DNA of 61,990 nucleotides, filler included, from Limisphaerales bacterium (GCA_044225505.1; 7 parts of 7 records of this genome joined end to end with filler, not necessarily neighbours in it), one strand, 5' to 3'; counted from the whole stretch's first letter, positions 29,859 to 40,677 are shown. Notes: generated from the letters alone by a model not told the origin. A program made the numbers and translations.

Positions 29859-30835
29859 GAATCACCGTTTTGGGCGCTGGCGGTTGGGGAACCGCGCTGG
29901 CAAAACTCCTTTCAGAGGCCGAGCACGAAGTCACCCTTTGGGGTCACAACTCCCTGCATCTGGAAGAACTGCGTCGCACCGGCATGAATCAACGTTATCT
30001 TCCTGGAGTGCGCCTGCCGGAGTCCTGGCACCTCGAACCTGAAATTCAAACTGCGGTTCAGACGGCGGAGTGCGTGGTAGTCGCCGTTCCATCCAAAGCT
30101 TTTAGGCAAGTCACGGCGCACCTTCAGACATTCCAAGGCGTTGCTATCAGCGTAACCAAAGGAATCGAGTACGCAGACGGTCTGACAATGTCAGGCATTC
30201 TGCGCGAAACCGCCCCACGAGCGAGTATTGCAGCGCTCTCAGGTCCGAACTTGGCGCTCGAGGTGGCACGCGGGATGCCCACCGCCACGGTCGTGGCCAG
30301 TGAGAATGAGTCCGTCGCCCAAACTGTGCAGGCGCTCTTTCACCGCCCTGCTTTTCGTGTGTATACCAGTTCGGACGTCCTCGGAGTGGAACTCGGCGGC
30401 GCCTTGAAGAACGTCATCGCCATTGCTGCAGGAACGGCGGATGGACTTGGTTTCGGTGACAATTCCAAGGCCGCCTTAATCACGCGCGGTATCGTCGAGA
30501 TGCGCCGATTGGGAGTGGCTTGCGGCGCAAGCCCGGAAACCTTTGCCGGACTGAGCGGTTCTTGGCGACCACGGCGGATCTGCGTTTTCCCGCCCAAGGC
30601 GCCGAAATCGGAGCCTGGGAGAACGCTTAGGCCGTGGGGAACAGCTACGACATCCTTGCCACGACCGAGACGACTGCCGAGGGCCGCCCCCACCGCTCGT
30701 TCCGCCATACTAAGCCTGGCAACGGGACGTGGCACGCCATCATGGGAGAGGTTCAGCGCATACAAATAGGGCAAAAACGTTGCAGCCGAGGCGACCTGAT
30801 CGTGGTCGCAGTGAATCCAGCGTGCCGAGGATTGA
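29855..30835 (+). CDS. gpsA: NAD(P)H-dependent glycerol-3-phosphate dehydrogenase; 3' ~280 nt carry multiple frameshifts
   Basis: GAGGWGTAL, SVTKGIE, LSGPNLA and GGALKNVIAIA..GDNSKAAL. After FAGLSG the conserved pieces (LGD, RNRSLGERLGRGE, DILATT..AEG, PTARSA, RAED*) are spread over different frames. Confidence 0.85.
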
Positions 30836-30876
30836 TTTTCCACCGCGTAGTCCCGCGCGACGTTTCCCGGCGCACG

Positions 30877-31485
30877 TCACATTCCCAGCGCTTTTAGAAT
30901 CCGGCTCTGCAAATCCGAATAAGTGTCCACTGCTTCGAACTGTGGGAATTGCTTTTGAATCGCCACGGGGGCGTGAAAGAAGATACCAACATTCGCCGCC
31001 GACAGCATAGCGGTGTCATTGAAGGAATCGCCCGCGGCGACGACGAAGTAGTTCATCGCACGAAATGCCTCAACCGCACGCTGCTTCTGGTTGGGAATCC
31101 GAAGTCGATAATTGACGACGCGATCATTGACGATCTCGAGTTTGTGGCACAGAAGCGTCGGCCAGTCCAATTGCCGGAGCAAAGGCTTCGCGAACTCCTC
31201 AAAGGTGTCGGAGAGGATTATGACCTGAGTTAAGGTGCGAAGGTGCGACAGAAACTCGTGAGCGCCCTCAAGGAGAGAGAGACTCCCAATCACACGCTGA
31301 ATGTCAGAGAGTCGCAGACCGTGCTGATCGAGAATCTTGAGCCTCCCTTTCATGAGCACGTCATAGTCAGGAATGTCTCGCGTGGTGAGGCGCAACTCCT
31401 TGATTCCAGTCTTCTCGGCGACGGCAATCCATATCTCTGGCGTGAGCACGCCTTCCATGTCCAATGTCACGATTGATTGTTGCAC
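30877..31485 (-). CDS. thrH: Phosphoserine phosphatase/homoserine phosphotransferase
   Basis: LDMEGVLTPEIWIAVAEKTGI, TTRDIPDYDVLM, ILSDTF and AAGDSFNDTAML. Confidence 0.93.
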   Translation of the reverse strand: MQQSIVTLDMEGVLTPEIWIAVAEKTGIKELRLTTRDIPDYDVLMKGRLKILDQHGLRLSDIQRVIGSLSLLEGAHEFLSHLRTLTQVIILSDTFEEFAKPLLRQLDWPTLLCHKLEIVNDRVVNYRLRIPNQKQRAVEAFRAMNYFVVAAGDSFNDTAMLSAANVGIFFHAPVAIQKQFPQFEAVDTYSDLQSRILKALGM

Positions 31486-31646
31486 GGGCGGGATTCTTCC
31501 CGAGAAAGGCGGCAGTGTCCAGAAACTCAAGTTCTGTGCCGAGAAAATTCGACAACGTTCCGGCGCGAAAATACTCGTCAGTCGCCTTACACCGACTCCC
31601 ACCATCCCAGTTGGGGAGAGGAGACGGCTTGTCTTTCCAGATTCCA

Positions 31647-32570
31647 ATGGCAGATTGGCGCCAGGTGACCAGACCCGTCAGCTTGCTCGTCACGGTTCCC
31701 CTGCTCTGCGCGACCGTTCTGCTGGCCCAGCGTTATCCTGGCTGGGGCGGAGGGGAAGCCTCGATTCCCGAGGATGCCCCGATCCGGACGGCGCGCGAAG
31801 TCGAATCCCATAGCACGGACACACCGCGATGGACCAACGCACCGGGCTTAGAAAAAGACGTGTTCACTTTTGTCCGGGTGCGTTACCACCGTCACCCCTA
31901 CGAACGCCGCTACGGCCGGGGGGGCCGAGGCCCGGGTTACTGCTTCACCGACTTCCCCGATAGCGATCTCAACCTTTCGTATCGCTTGCAACAGATGACC
32001 TCGGTGAAGGTTGATCCGGACGGACGCGTGCTCAGCCTGACAGATCCGGAGTTGGTTGAATTCCCATTTATCTATATGGTGGAACCCGGGGCGATGCATT
32101 TGGAGGAAAGGGAAGTGCAGGCCTTGCGGAATTACCTGCTCAATGGCGGTTTTCTCATGGCGGATGATTTTTGGGGTCCTCGACAATGGGAAAACTTCGA
32201 GCGCGAGATGAAACGGGTGTTGCCCGAACGGAGTTTTGCTGAACTTCCCATGGATCATCCCATCTTTCACTGCGTGTTCGAATTGGGCAACGACAAGAAT
32301 GCCCTGCAAACTCCGAACTTCTGGACGGGCGAACGAAGCCAGGAGACGGGCATCACTTGGGAAGTGCACGACGGTGAAGCATGCCAGGAGATGCATGTGC
32401 GAGCCCTGACCGATGATCGCGCCCGAATTATGGTGTTAGCCTGCCACAATACTGACAACGGCGATGGCTGGGAGAGGGAAGGCGAATATGAATATTTCTT
32501 CCGCCAGTTTTCGGAAAAGAGGGCCTATCCGCTCGGAGTAAATATTATCTTCTATGCCATGACCCACTAA
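31647..32570 (+). CDS. DUF4159 domain-containing exported protein
   Basis: TDFPDSDLNLSYRLQQMT, FPFIYMVEPG, LRNYLLNGGFLMADDFWG, HNTDNGDGWE and GVNIIFYAMTH. Confidence 0.85.
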   Translation: MADWRQVTRPVSLLVTVPLLCATVLLAQRYPGWGGGEASIPEDAPIRTAREVESHSTDTPRWTNAPGLEKDVFTFVRVRYHRHPYERRYGRGGRGPGYCFTDFPDSDLNLSYRLQQMTSVKVDPDGRVLSLTDPELVEFPFIYMVEPGAMHLEEREVQALRNYLLNGGFLMADDFWGPRQWENFEREMKRVLPERSFAELPMDHPIFHCVFELGNDKNALQTPNFWTGERSQETGITWEVHDGEACQEMHVRALTDDRARIMVLACHNTDNGDGWEREGEYEYFFRQFSEKRAYPLGVNIIFYAMTH

Positions 32571-32746
32571 ATCCTCGCGCGCAGTGCGGCAATCCACGTC
32601 CGTCTGATCGCACCTGCCAATCGCCTTGGCTAGGTGGGACCGACACAAGACGCTCCTCTTATTGACTTGAGCAATTGCCTCCCGGCCAGGTGGGTCGAGG
32701 CATCTAACGTTGTCAAATCTGTCCGGGCTTGCTTTGCTTCATCGGC

Positions 32747-33490
32747 GTGCAGCTAGACCTCTTCAGTCCGCAGCGAACCCCGCGCGCGGCCGAACCCTTG
32801 ACGATTGCCGTTGGAGCGGCTCGAGTTCCCATTGTCTTCGTTCGCAACCCTCGCGCTCGTCGCTACATCCTGCGGTTGACGCGCGCCGGAGTCATTCGGG
32901 TCACAATCCCTCGCGCCGGCTCAGTCCGGTCAGGTGTGGAGTTTGTGCATCGAAACTCGGCCTGGCTCGCGCGCCAATGGCAACGGCGAACCGAAGAACT
33001 GGCTCGTCAACAACAGCGCTGGTCGGACGGGGCCACGGTCCTGGTTCGAGGAGAACCGATGACGCTGCGCGTCCACCAGGATGGCGAACGCAGTTTGGTC
33101 TCATTTGGCCAACACCGCGTCGAATTGCCCTCGGGCATTACCAATGTTCGCCAAGCGGTCGAACGTTACCTGCGCCAACTCGCGCACCTGGAACTGCCTC
33201 CGCGAACCTTGGAGATCGCGCGCGAGCACGCTCTGTGCGTGCAGCGCGTGACGGTTAGGGACCAGCGATCCCGTTGGGGATCCTGTTCCCCGCGCGGGAC
33301 GATCTCGCTGAATTGGCATTTAATTCAAACTCCGCCCGTCGTGCGCGATTATTTGATCATCCACGAATTGATGCATCTCCGTGAGATGAACCATTCTCCT
33401 CGTTTTTGGCGTTGGGTGGAACTGGCGTGTCCGGACTACATGGCTTCGGAAACGTGGCTTAACACCCACGGTTATCTGTTTCAACGGTAG
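32747..33490 (+). CDS. YgjP/DUF45-like zinc metallohydrolase (M48/SprT family)
   Basis: DQRSRWGSCS, DYLIIHELMHLREMNHSPRFW (HExxH). Confidence 0.88.
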   Translation: MQLDLFSPQRTPRAAEPLTIAVGAARVPIVFVRNPRARRYILRLTRAGVIRVTIPRAGSVRSGVEFVHRNSAWLARQWQRRTEELARQQQRWSDGATVLVRGEPMTLRVHQDGERSLVSFGQHRVELPSGITNVRQAVERYLRQLAHLELPPRTLEIAREHALCVQRVTVRDQRSRWGSCSPRGTISLNWHLIQTPPVVRDYLIIHELMHLREMNHSPRFWRWVELACPDYMASETWLNTHGYLFQR

Positions 33491-33578
33491 GCGGGGCGTT
33501 GGAGAGTGCTTCGGGCCGACCAGAGAGGCCATCCCGGCGCTTGGCCTCTCGACTCCGAGGCGAAGCCCGCCTTCGTTC

Positions 33579-34523
33579 CTATTGCTTTCCTGCTTCCAAA
33601 GACTCGAACAAGCTTTCCAGGCTATTAAGCGACGGTTCCTTGGGCGGGACGGGGTTGAGAACGTGCTGTAAGTACTGAATGGCTTCCGGGATATGCTGCA
33701 CTGACCGCGGCAACGTCGCCCCGCAGGCGTTTGGATGACCTCCACCTTGCAGTTGTTCAGCGACTTTCAAAGCCTCCCCGTTACGGCTCCGGATGCTGAT
33801 AATCACCGTCCCGTTCCCCTTTCGGAAAAGGGTGACCAAAACGCGGTAAGGGGTTTCGGCCTTTTCCAACAACTGATGGACGATCAGATTCACATTTCCA
33901 ACCACCGTATCGACAAAACCAACAGTCGGACTTAACTGAGTGATATTAGTCTTGCTCCATTCGTAACCGAGCGGGTTTTCGACCTTGCGCTTCACGGCCA
34001 TGACCTCGAGCAAGGGGTGATCGAGCAGGTTCTCCAATTGGCGCCCGATCAGTTCGTACAGATTCCAGAATTGATAGGACTTCACCAGGTTCGCGTAGTC
34101 GTGGGCGAGAAGGAAGTCTGGATCTCCATCCAAAAAGAGATCAGCGACGTTACTCAGATGGATCAATCGATCCAGACTCGGCGTGCCCAGGCCGTGCTCC
34201 TGGCAAAGCTCGTAACACAGCAAGCTAGCGGACTTTGTGGTGTCGTGGATAAAAGTCGCCCGCTTGGCTCGAACCTCCGTTGCATGATGGTCGATAATCA
34301 CCCAATCCGGCCGGTCCAAACGCGCTTCGAAGTTCAGGTCTGTCACCCAAGCACTCTTCTCGGCCAGGCCGCGTTGACGCCAGTTGTGGTTATGGAAGGC
34401 CTCCAAACGCACATCCGCATCGAACAGTTTGCGCGCCAAACGCTGCAGGAGCAAACCCGACACGAAGCCGTCCAGATCGCTTTCGTGAGTGCAGATGACT
34501 TCGGGTCTGGGCAGAGCTCGCAT
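33579..34523 (-). CDS. DHH/DHHA1 family phosphoesterase
   Basis: THESDLDG, VTDL, IIDHH, VADL and SIRSR..GGGHPNACGA. Confidence 0.88.
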   Translation of the reverse strand: MRALPRPEVICTHESDLDGFVSGLLLQRLARKLFDADVRLEAFHNHNWRQRGLAEKSAWVTDLNFEARLDRPDWVIIDHHATEVRAKRATFIHDTTKSASLLCYELCQEHGLGTPSLDRLIHLSNVADLFLDGDPDFLLAHDYANLVKSYQFWNLYELIGRQLENLLDHPLLEVMAVKRKVENPLGYEWSKTNITQLSPTVGFVDTVVGNVNLIVHQLLEKAETPYRVLVTLFRKGNGTVIISIRSRNGEALKVAEQLQGGGHPNACGATLPRSVQHIPEAIQYLQHVLNPVPPKEPSLNSLESLFESLEAGKQ

Positions 34524-34618
34524 TGGGCCGAGATTAGCCCATGGTCCGACTCGGTGCAACTGTTGCCGCCAAAATTTGCCTTCAACATCCGTGCGTCCTG
34601 CCGCACACTTGCCTCGGT

Positions 34619-35425
34619 ATGAATCTCTTTGACCTGACGGGAGAAGTGGCTGTGGTAATCGGAGGGACCGGCGTGCTCGGAGGCGCAATGGCCGAAGGCT
34701 TGGCGGGAGCTGGCGCTCGCATTGCCTTGCTCGGGCGCAATGCGGAGCGTGGGGAAGCGCGCGCCGCCAAGATCCGAGCGGCCGGCGGACACGCCCAGTT
34801 CGTTTCCTGCGACGCCCAAGACCGGCCCAGCGTGGAAGCAGCGATGAAATCTGTCGATCAGACGTTAGGTCCCGCCACGGTTCTTCTAAATGCGGCGGGC
34901 GGCAACGATCTCAAGGTAACGGTAAGCCCGGGGCGAAGCTTCCAAGACATCACGGTCCCGGACTGGAAAGCGAATTTCGATCTGAACGTTGTCGGCGGCG
35001 TGCTCGTCCCTTGCCAAGTCTTTGGTCCAGCAATGGTGGCGCGTGGGAGAGGCTCGATCATCAACATCGCCAGCGTTTCCTCTCACCTCCCGCTATCGCG
35101 CGTGGTGGCTTACTCCGCCGCCAAAGCCGCCGTTCTCAGCCTAAGCCAGTTTCTAGCCCGGGAATGGGCCGCCAAAGGAGTGCGCGTCAACTCGATTACG
35201 CCTGGCTTCTTCCCGGCCGAGCAGAACCGCAAGATACTCTTTCAAGACGATGGAACGCCGACGGAGAGGACACGAGTGATTTGGGCACATACTCCAATGG
35301 GGCGATTCGGATCGGCCGATGAGCTCGTTGGCGCAGCGGTCTTTCTCGCCAGTTCGAAAGCAAGCGGCTTTGTGACAGGGTCCGATCTTCGCGTCGACGG
35401 AGGGTTCCTCTGCCAGACCATTTAG
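34619..35425 (+). CDS. SDR oxidoreductase, UxuB-like (D-mannonate/fructuronate oxidoreductase)
   Basis: GGTGVLGG, NAAGGN, PLSRVVAYSAAKAA (YxxxK) and TPGFFPAEQNRK..TPMGRFG. Confidence 0.8.
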   Translation: MNLFDLTGEVAVVIGGTGVLGGAMAEGLAGAGARIALLGRNAERGEARAAKIRAAGGHAQFVSCDAQDRPSVEAAMKSVDQTLGPATVLLNAAGGNDLKVTVSPGRSFQDITVPDWKANFDLNVVGGVLVPCQVFGPAMVARGRGSIINIASVSSHLPLSRVVAYSAAKAAVLSLSQFLAREWAAKGVRVNSITPGFFPAEQNRKILFQDDGTPTERTRVIWAHTPMGRFGSADELVGAAVFLASSKASGFVTGSDLRVDGGFLCQTI

Positions 35426-35461
35426 CGTTTGCAATCGTCCTCCACGCTGCCTACCCCCAAT

Positions 35462-36736
35462 ATGATCTCACGAATTGCCACCCCCGGGAAGAGTCTGCAA
35501 CGGGAGGACGTAGCCGCGCTTCTCGCGCGAGCCTGTCCAGCCCAGGATTACGTCGGCAAGAAAGTCCTCGTCATCGTGCCGGACGGCACACGGACAGCCC
35601 CGATCGGCTTGGTCTTTCAGTTATTGTTCCAGGAGATCGGAACTCAAACAGCAGCGTTCGATATCCTAATTGCCCTTGGCACCCACCAACCTATGAGTGA
35701 GGCGGCCATTTGCGAGCGACTCGAAATCTCCGCCGAAGCGCGCGGCGGCACCTATCGCAAAGTCCGGTTCTTCAATCACGCGTGGAATGATCCGCAGGCG
35801 TTGCGAAAGATCGGGACGATTCCGGCGGAAGAAATCCGCGAACTCTCCGGCGGTCTATTTGAGATGGAAGTCCCCGTGGAAGTGAACCGTCTGCTTTTCG
35901 ATTATGATCAAGTGATCCTCGTTGGCCCGGTCTTCCCGCACGAGGTGGTAGGCTGTTCCGGCGGGAATAAGTATCTTTTCCCTGGGGTCGCAGGTCCTGA
36001 AGTCTTGAACTTCTTCCACTGGCTGGGCGCCGTTGTTACGAACCCCATGATCATCGGCAATAAATGGACACCCGTCCGGAAGGTGGTGGATCGAGCTGGC
36101 GCTTTGGTCACCGTGCCCAAGCTCTGTTGTTGCCTGGTCGTAGATTCGCACGGGTTGGCCGGTTTTTTCGTCGGCACCCCTGAAGGCGCTTGGGATGCCG
36201 CGAGCGACCTGTCCCGCCAGCTTCACATTACCTACAAAGAACGTCCGTTCCGCTCGATTTTATCATGCGCGCCTAAGATGTATGACGAGCTTTGGACTGG
36301 CGGCAAATGCATGTATAAACTGGAACCGGTCCTGGCGGATGGCGGAGAACTCATTATCTACGCTCCCCACATTACCGAGGTCTGCATCGCCCATGGGAAA
36401 GTCCTCCACGAGATCGGCTATCATTGCCGAGATTATTTCTTGGCCCAATGGGGCCACTTCAAAAGTTATCCTTGGGGAGTCCTCGCTCATTCTACCCACG
36501 TTTACGGTCTAGGCACTTTCCGCAACGGCGTGGAAACGCCGCGAGCCCGGGTGACCCTGGCTACGGGCATCGACGCCGCCACCTGCCGCAAGATCAATCT
36601 CGGATATTGCGACCCGGCCACCATTCGCCCTTCAGACTTTGCCGAGCGCGAAGCGGACGGCGTCCTCTACGTTCCGAAAGCGGGCGAAATGCTTTACCAA
36701 CTCCGTCAACCCCCCGCTTGGGCAGGCGGCCGCTAA
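35462..36736 (+). CDS. LarA-family (lactate racemase/DUF2088) alpha-hydroxy acid racemase/epimerase
   Basis: IVPDGTRTAP, IALGTH, FNHAW and PHEVVGCSGGNKYLFPG (LarA-like H..G.SGG.K...PG). Confidence 0.85.
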   Translation: MISRIATPGKSLQREDVAALLARACPAQDYVGKKVLVIVPDGTRTAPIGLVFQLLFQEIGTQTAAFDILIALGTHQPMSEAAICERLEISAEARGGTYRKVRFFNHAWNDPQALRKIGTIPAEEIRELSGGLFEMEVPVEVNRLLFDYDQVILVGPVFPHEVVGCSGGNKYLFPGVAGPEVLNFFHWLGAVVTNPMIIGNKWTPVRKVVDRAGALVTVPKLCCCLVVDSHGLAGFFVGTPEGAWDAASDLSRQLHITYKERPFRSILSCAPKMYDELWTGGKCMYKLEPVLADGGELIIYAPHITEVCIAHGKVLHEIGYHCRDYFLAQWGHFKSYPWGVLAHSTHVYGLGTFRNGVETPRARVTLATGIDAATCRKINLGYCDPATIRPSDFAEREADGVLYVPKAGEMLYQLRQPPAWAGGR

Positions 36737-36789
36737 GGTCGGTCGGTTTGGGTCTGACCCATTTCCCAGCGCGAGCGCCTTCCGCCTCT

Positions 36790-37206
36790 ATGAACCTCGG
36801 CCGTTCCAAATTCGCAACGGAGCTCCAAGTGCGTCCCGACGACATCGACATGAATCAACATGTCCATGGCAGCCGGTATTTCGACTACGTCCTGGCGGCG
36901 CGTTACGATCAAATGGATCGCTGCTATCACATGTCCCTCGAAGAGTTCACCCAAGCGGGGTATGCCTGGTTCATTCGCAGTGCGCAGATCGAGTTCAAAC
37001 GCCCTCTGGGACTGGGCGATTGGTTCACCGTTTACACCTGGATTGAGGACATCCAAGCGGAAAGCGTCCGCGTCGATTTCGAGATCAAGAAGCGGGTCAA
37101 CGGCAAACTGGTCTCGGACGGCCGTTTTGACTATACGCTGGTCAGTATTGAGACGGGACGCGCCGTCGCCATTCCCGACTGGATTGTTGCCAAATACGCC
37201 ATCTGA
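36790..37206 (+). CDS. Acyl-CoA thioesterase (hotdog fold)
   Basis: VRPDDIDMNQHVHGSRYFDY, IEFKRPL and C-terminal GRAVAIP. Confidence 0.85.
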   Translation: MNLGRSKFATELQVRPDDIDMNQHVHGSRYFDYVLAARYDQMDRCYHMSLEEFTQAGYAWFIRSAQIEFKRPLGLGDWFTVYTWIEDIQAESVRVDFEIKKRVNGKLVSDGRFDYTLVSIETGRAVAIPDWIVAKYAI

Positions 37207-37248
37207 CGAGGACTGGACGCCGACCGGTGCTCCTGCTAGACCTGCCCA

Positions 37249-38316
37249 ATGATTCCTTTTCAGCGGGCCACAGCTGCTTCCGTTCAACGCTCTCCCTGCG
37301 GTTTCTCCCTTTGGGTCGTTGCCCTGCCACTTTGGGTGATCAGTCTGGGCGCTGCGGAGTTTCGTGCCGGAGTCAGCGTCCGCGTCGTCACGCCGGACCC
37401 GTTGCTGCCCGTTTCGGGAGGCGTCGGACCTTCGCATCCCGCGACGCAAAAGCTTGGAGATTTGACTGTCCGTTCCCTGGTCTTGGACGACGGCACGACC
37501 CGCGTGGCGATCGTCCAGACAGATTTCCTCGGTTTCCCGTCCGTCCTTGGCAATAAGGCCAGGGCCTTAGTGAAAGAGATTCGCCCGGAAAACATTTTGA
37601 TAGGCGCCACGCATACCCACAGCGCGCCCGACTGCTATGGGTTTCCGGATGAGAAAGGCCATTTTGCCTCGGACTTGCGCTACTTGGACTCTGTCTGCCA
37701 GAAGATTGCCGAAAGCATTCACGAAGCGGTGACAAAACTTCAATCCGTCCGCCTCAAGATCGCGACAGGCCAAGCCCAAGGCAAAATCGCTTACAATTAC
37801 TACGCGGAACAGCTTTACGACCCCCGCTGCCATGTGATTCAAGCGCTCGACCTGGACGGAAAACCGTTGGCGACTTTGGTCAACTACGCCATCCATCCCG
37901 AAGTCCTAGGCTCGGATCAAGGGATCTTAAGCCCCGATTTGATTGGTCCGCTCTGCGCGCGGATCGCCGCGAACGGCGGTGGGACAGCCATCTTCATGAA
38001 TAGCGCCCAAGGCGGCATGGTCACCGCGGATTGCCGGGGCCCGGACGGTCGCGACCTCAATACCTGGAGCGAGTGTGAGCGGATTGGCCGGCTCCTCGCG
38101 GACGAGGCGCTCCGGATCGTCCAACCTGCCCCTCCCCAATCCGCCCCTAACCTCTATTGCGCCGCGCGAACGATCTCGTTCCCAGTCGAATCGCCATTGC
38201 TCAAAGCCGTCATGAAAGCCTCGCCCCTCGGCTACACTGCCTCGTCCGATGCCGTCTCAGCGCAAATCAATGTCGTCAACATCGGCAACGCGCAGATTCT
38301 TACCATCCCCGGGGAA
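37249..38316 (+). CDS. Neutral/alkaline ceramidase-like exported protein (truncated by contig end)
   Basis: Signal peptide, NILIGATHTHSAP, LVNYAIHPE and IPGE. Confidence 0.75.
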
Positions 38317-38416
38317 NNNNNNNNNNNNNNNNNNNNNNNNNNNNNNNNNNNNNNNNNNNNTTAATTAATTAANNNNNNNNNNNNNNNNNNNNNNNNNNNN
38401 NNNNNNNNNNNNNNNN
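38317..38416. other. Artificial contig spacer
   Basis: N44-TTAATTAATTAA-N44. Confidence 0.99.
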
Positions 38417-40036
38417 CTAGCGGTCGTGCAGGTGCCTCGGGTTTTGCCCCGGCTGGTGCGCATGCCGCGGAACGATAGCCAGCAGCGTTACCTGATGCTT
38501 GATGACCTGATTGGTTACTATTTGGGCGATCTCTTTCCTGGCACAAAGATTCTTGGGTTCTGGCGGTTTCGTGTCACGCGCAATAGTGAGCTGTACATCG
38601 ATGAGGAGGAAGTGGCCAACGTCCTCAAGGCGGTCGAAACGGAACTGCACAACCGCCGCAAGGGAGATGCGGTGCGCTTGGAAGTGGAAGAGAACTGTCC
38701 TGCAGAAATCCGTCAGGCCTTGTTGTCGACCTTGCGCCTGAGCGATGTGGACTTGTACGTCCTGGACGGTCCGATCAATCCCACGCCGTTAATGGCGATC
38801 TACGAAGGCGATCACTCGCCAGAACTTCGCGACCCTCCGTTTGTTGCCCCGATCAGCCTCGCGTTGCGGGAACCGGTGAACATCTTTGACGCGATCCGCC
38901 AACGCGATTTGCTTTTGCATCATCCCTACGAAAGTTATGAAAGCATCGTCCATTTGCTGGAGGAAGCCGCGGAGGACCCGAATGTGCTTGCGATCAAACA
39001 AACGCTCTACCGAACGGGCGGGGACTCCCGCATCATCGGCGCACTCATGAGCGCGGTCCGTCACGGCAAACAAGTTACAGCGGTCGTCGAACTCCGCGCC
39101 CGCTTTGATGAAGCGAATAACATCCAGTGGGCGCGGCAACTCGAAGAAGCGGGAGTTCACGTGGTCTATGGCCTGGTCGGCTTTAAGATCCACGCCAAGA
39201 TCTGTTTGATTGTTCGCCGTGATTCCGATGGAATCCGGCGCTACGTCCATTTTGCGACGGGCAATTATAACCCCACGACCGCCCGGCTCTATACCGATTT
39301 GAGTCTCCTCACTTGCCATCCTGATTTCGGTGAGGACGCGACGAATCTTTTCAACCTTTTGACCGGGATTTCGCAGTTTAAAGGGATGCGTCGTTTGGTG
39401 GTCGCACCGTTCGAATTGCACGATCGAATCCTGAGCCTGATCGCTCGCGAAGCCGATAATGCAACCAAAGGTTTGCCCGCTCGCATCATTGTCAAACTGA
39501 ATGCCTTGGTCGACGAACGGGTGATCGAAGCGCTGTACCGGGCCGCGCAAGCCGGTGTTAAAATCGACCTCATCGTGCGAGGCATTTGTTGTCTCCGCCC
39601 CGGATTGAAACGGCTGAGCGAGCGAATTAACGTCCGGAGCATCGTTGACCGCTTCCTCGAACATAGCCGGGTTTACTACTTCGAAAATGCCTGCCAACCT
39701 GAAGTCTACATCAGTAGCGCCGATTGGATGCCCCGTAACTTTTTCAGACGCGTGGAAGTCGCCGTTCCAATTGTCGATGGCGTTCTCCGAGACCGTTTGA
39801 TGACAGAAATCCTGGCGTGGTCCCTTGCCGACAATACGAAAGCCCGGCACCTTCGACCAGACGGCGCTTATCGACGCGTTACTCCTGCCAGCCGGCAAAA
39901 GGCCACCCGCAGTCAATTCGAATTCATCCGCCTCGCCACAAACGATTCCAGCTTGCGATCGACCAAACCCCGATCTGACTCCCCCTTTCCCACGATGAAG
40001 CTCGCTGCGAGGCCGTCGGCGCTGGACAATCCTTGA
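38417..40036 (+). CDS. ppk1: Polyphosphate kinase 1 (5' truncated)
   Basis: FRVTRNS, LLHHPYES, IKQTLYRT, VELRARFDEANNI, KIHAK, TGNYN, RFLEHSR and SSADWMPRN. Confidence 0.96.
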   Translation, partial: LAVVQVPRVLPRLVRMPRNDSQQRYLMLDDLIGYYLGDLFPGTKILGFWRFRVTRNSELYIDEEEVANVLKAVETELHNRRKGDAVRLEVEENCPAEIRQALLSTLRLSDVDLYVLDGPINPTPLMAIYEGDHSPELRDPPFVAPISLALREPVNIFDAIRQRDLLLHHPYESYESIVHLLEEAAEDPNVLAIKQTLYRTGGDSRIIGALMSAVRHGKQVTAVVELRARFDEANNIQWARQLEEAGVHVVYGLVGFKIHAKICLIVRRDSDGIRRYVHFATGNYNPTTARLYTDLSLLTCHPDFGEDATNLFNLLTGISQFKGMRRLVVAPFELHDRILSLIAREADNATKGLPARIIVKLNALVDERVIEALYRAAQAGVKIDLIVRGICCLRPGLKRLSERINVRSIVDRFLEHSRVYYFENACQPEVYISSADWMPRNFFRRVEVAVPIVDGVLRDRLMTEILAWSLADNTKARHLRPDGAYRRVTPASRQKATRSQFEFIRLATNDSSLRSTKPRSDSPFPTMKLAARPSALDNP

Positions 40037-40103
40037 ATCGCTGGCGCCATTCACCACCTGGCCATCATAGGATTACGCGGAAAAGAGCATAAACCTGAAT
40101 ATT

Positions 40104-40607
40104 ATGGACTTGTATTTACTACGTCATGCCATCGCGGTGGAACGAGGCACGCGGAAGTTCAACGACGACTTTGACCGACCGCTCACGACCGAGGGGGAAA
40201 AAAAGCTGCGGCGAGTGGTCAAGGCTATGCGTAGCCTTGAAATCTCATTCGATGTCATCCTTTCGAGCCCCTACGTGCGAGCCCGGGAAACGGCGGAAAT
40301 CGTAACCTCGGAGCTTGGGTTGGGCAAAAAGCTGGAATTGATGGAAGCACTCGGCGTCGATGGCAGTGCGCAGGAGTTGATTCAATCGCTCCGCACCCGC
40401 AACCTGGCCGAGAAATCGGTTTTGCTTGTCGGCCACGAACCCTATTTGAGCTTGCTGATTGGCTTGTTGACCACGGGGACATCACGATCCACTGTCATTA
40501 TGAAAAAGGCCGGTCTCTGCAAGCTACTCGTTGCGAACTTGCGGGCGGGACGATGCGCGAAATTGGAGTGGTTTTTGGCTCCGCGTCAGATGTTACTTAT
40601 GACATGA
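40104..40607 (+). CDS. sixA: Phosphohistidine phosphatase SixA
   Basis: LYLLRHAIA, DRPLT.EG, SSPYVRARETA and LVGHEP. Confidence 0.9.
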   Translation: MDLYLLRHAIAVERGTRKFNDDFDRPLTTEGEKKLRRVVKAMRSLEISFDVILSSPYVRARETAEIVTSELGLGKKLELMEALGVDGSAQELIQSLRTRNLAEKSVLLVGHEPYLSLLIGLLTTGTSRSTVIMKKAGLCKLLVANLRAGRCAKLEWFLAPRQMLLMT

Positions 40608-40677
40608 CCCGAATAGTCGCAGCGCCAGAGTCAACAGAAACCACAACTCCCAGCCCGCCTATTCCAACTCATTCCTC

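Noticed and set aside
38789..40057. 422-aa minus-strand ORF
   Set aside because: Antisense shadow of ppk1.
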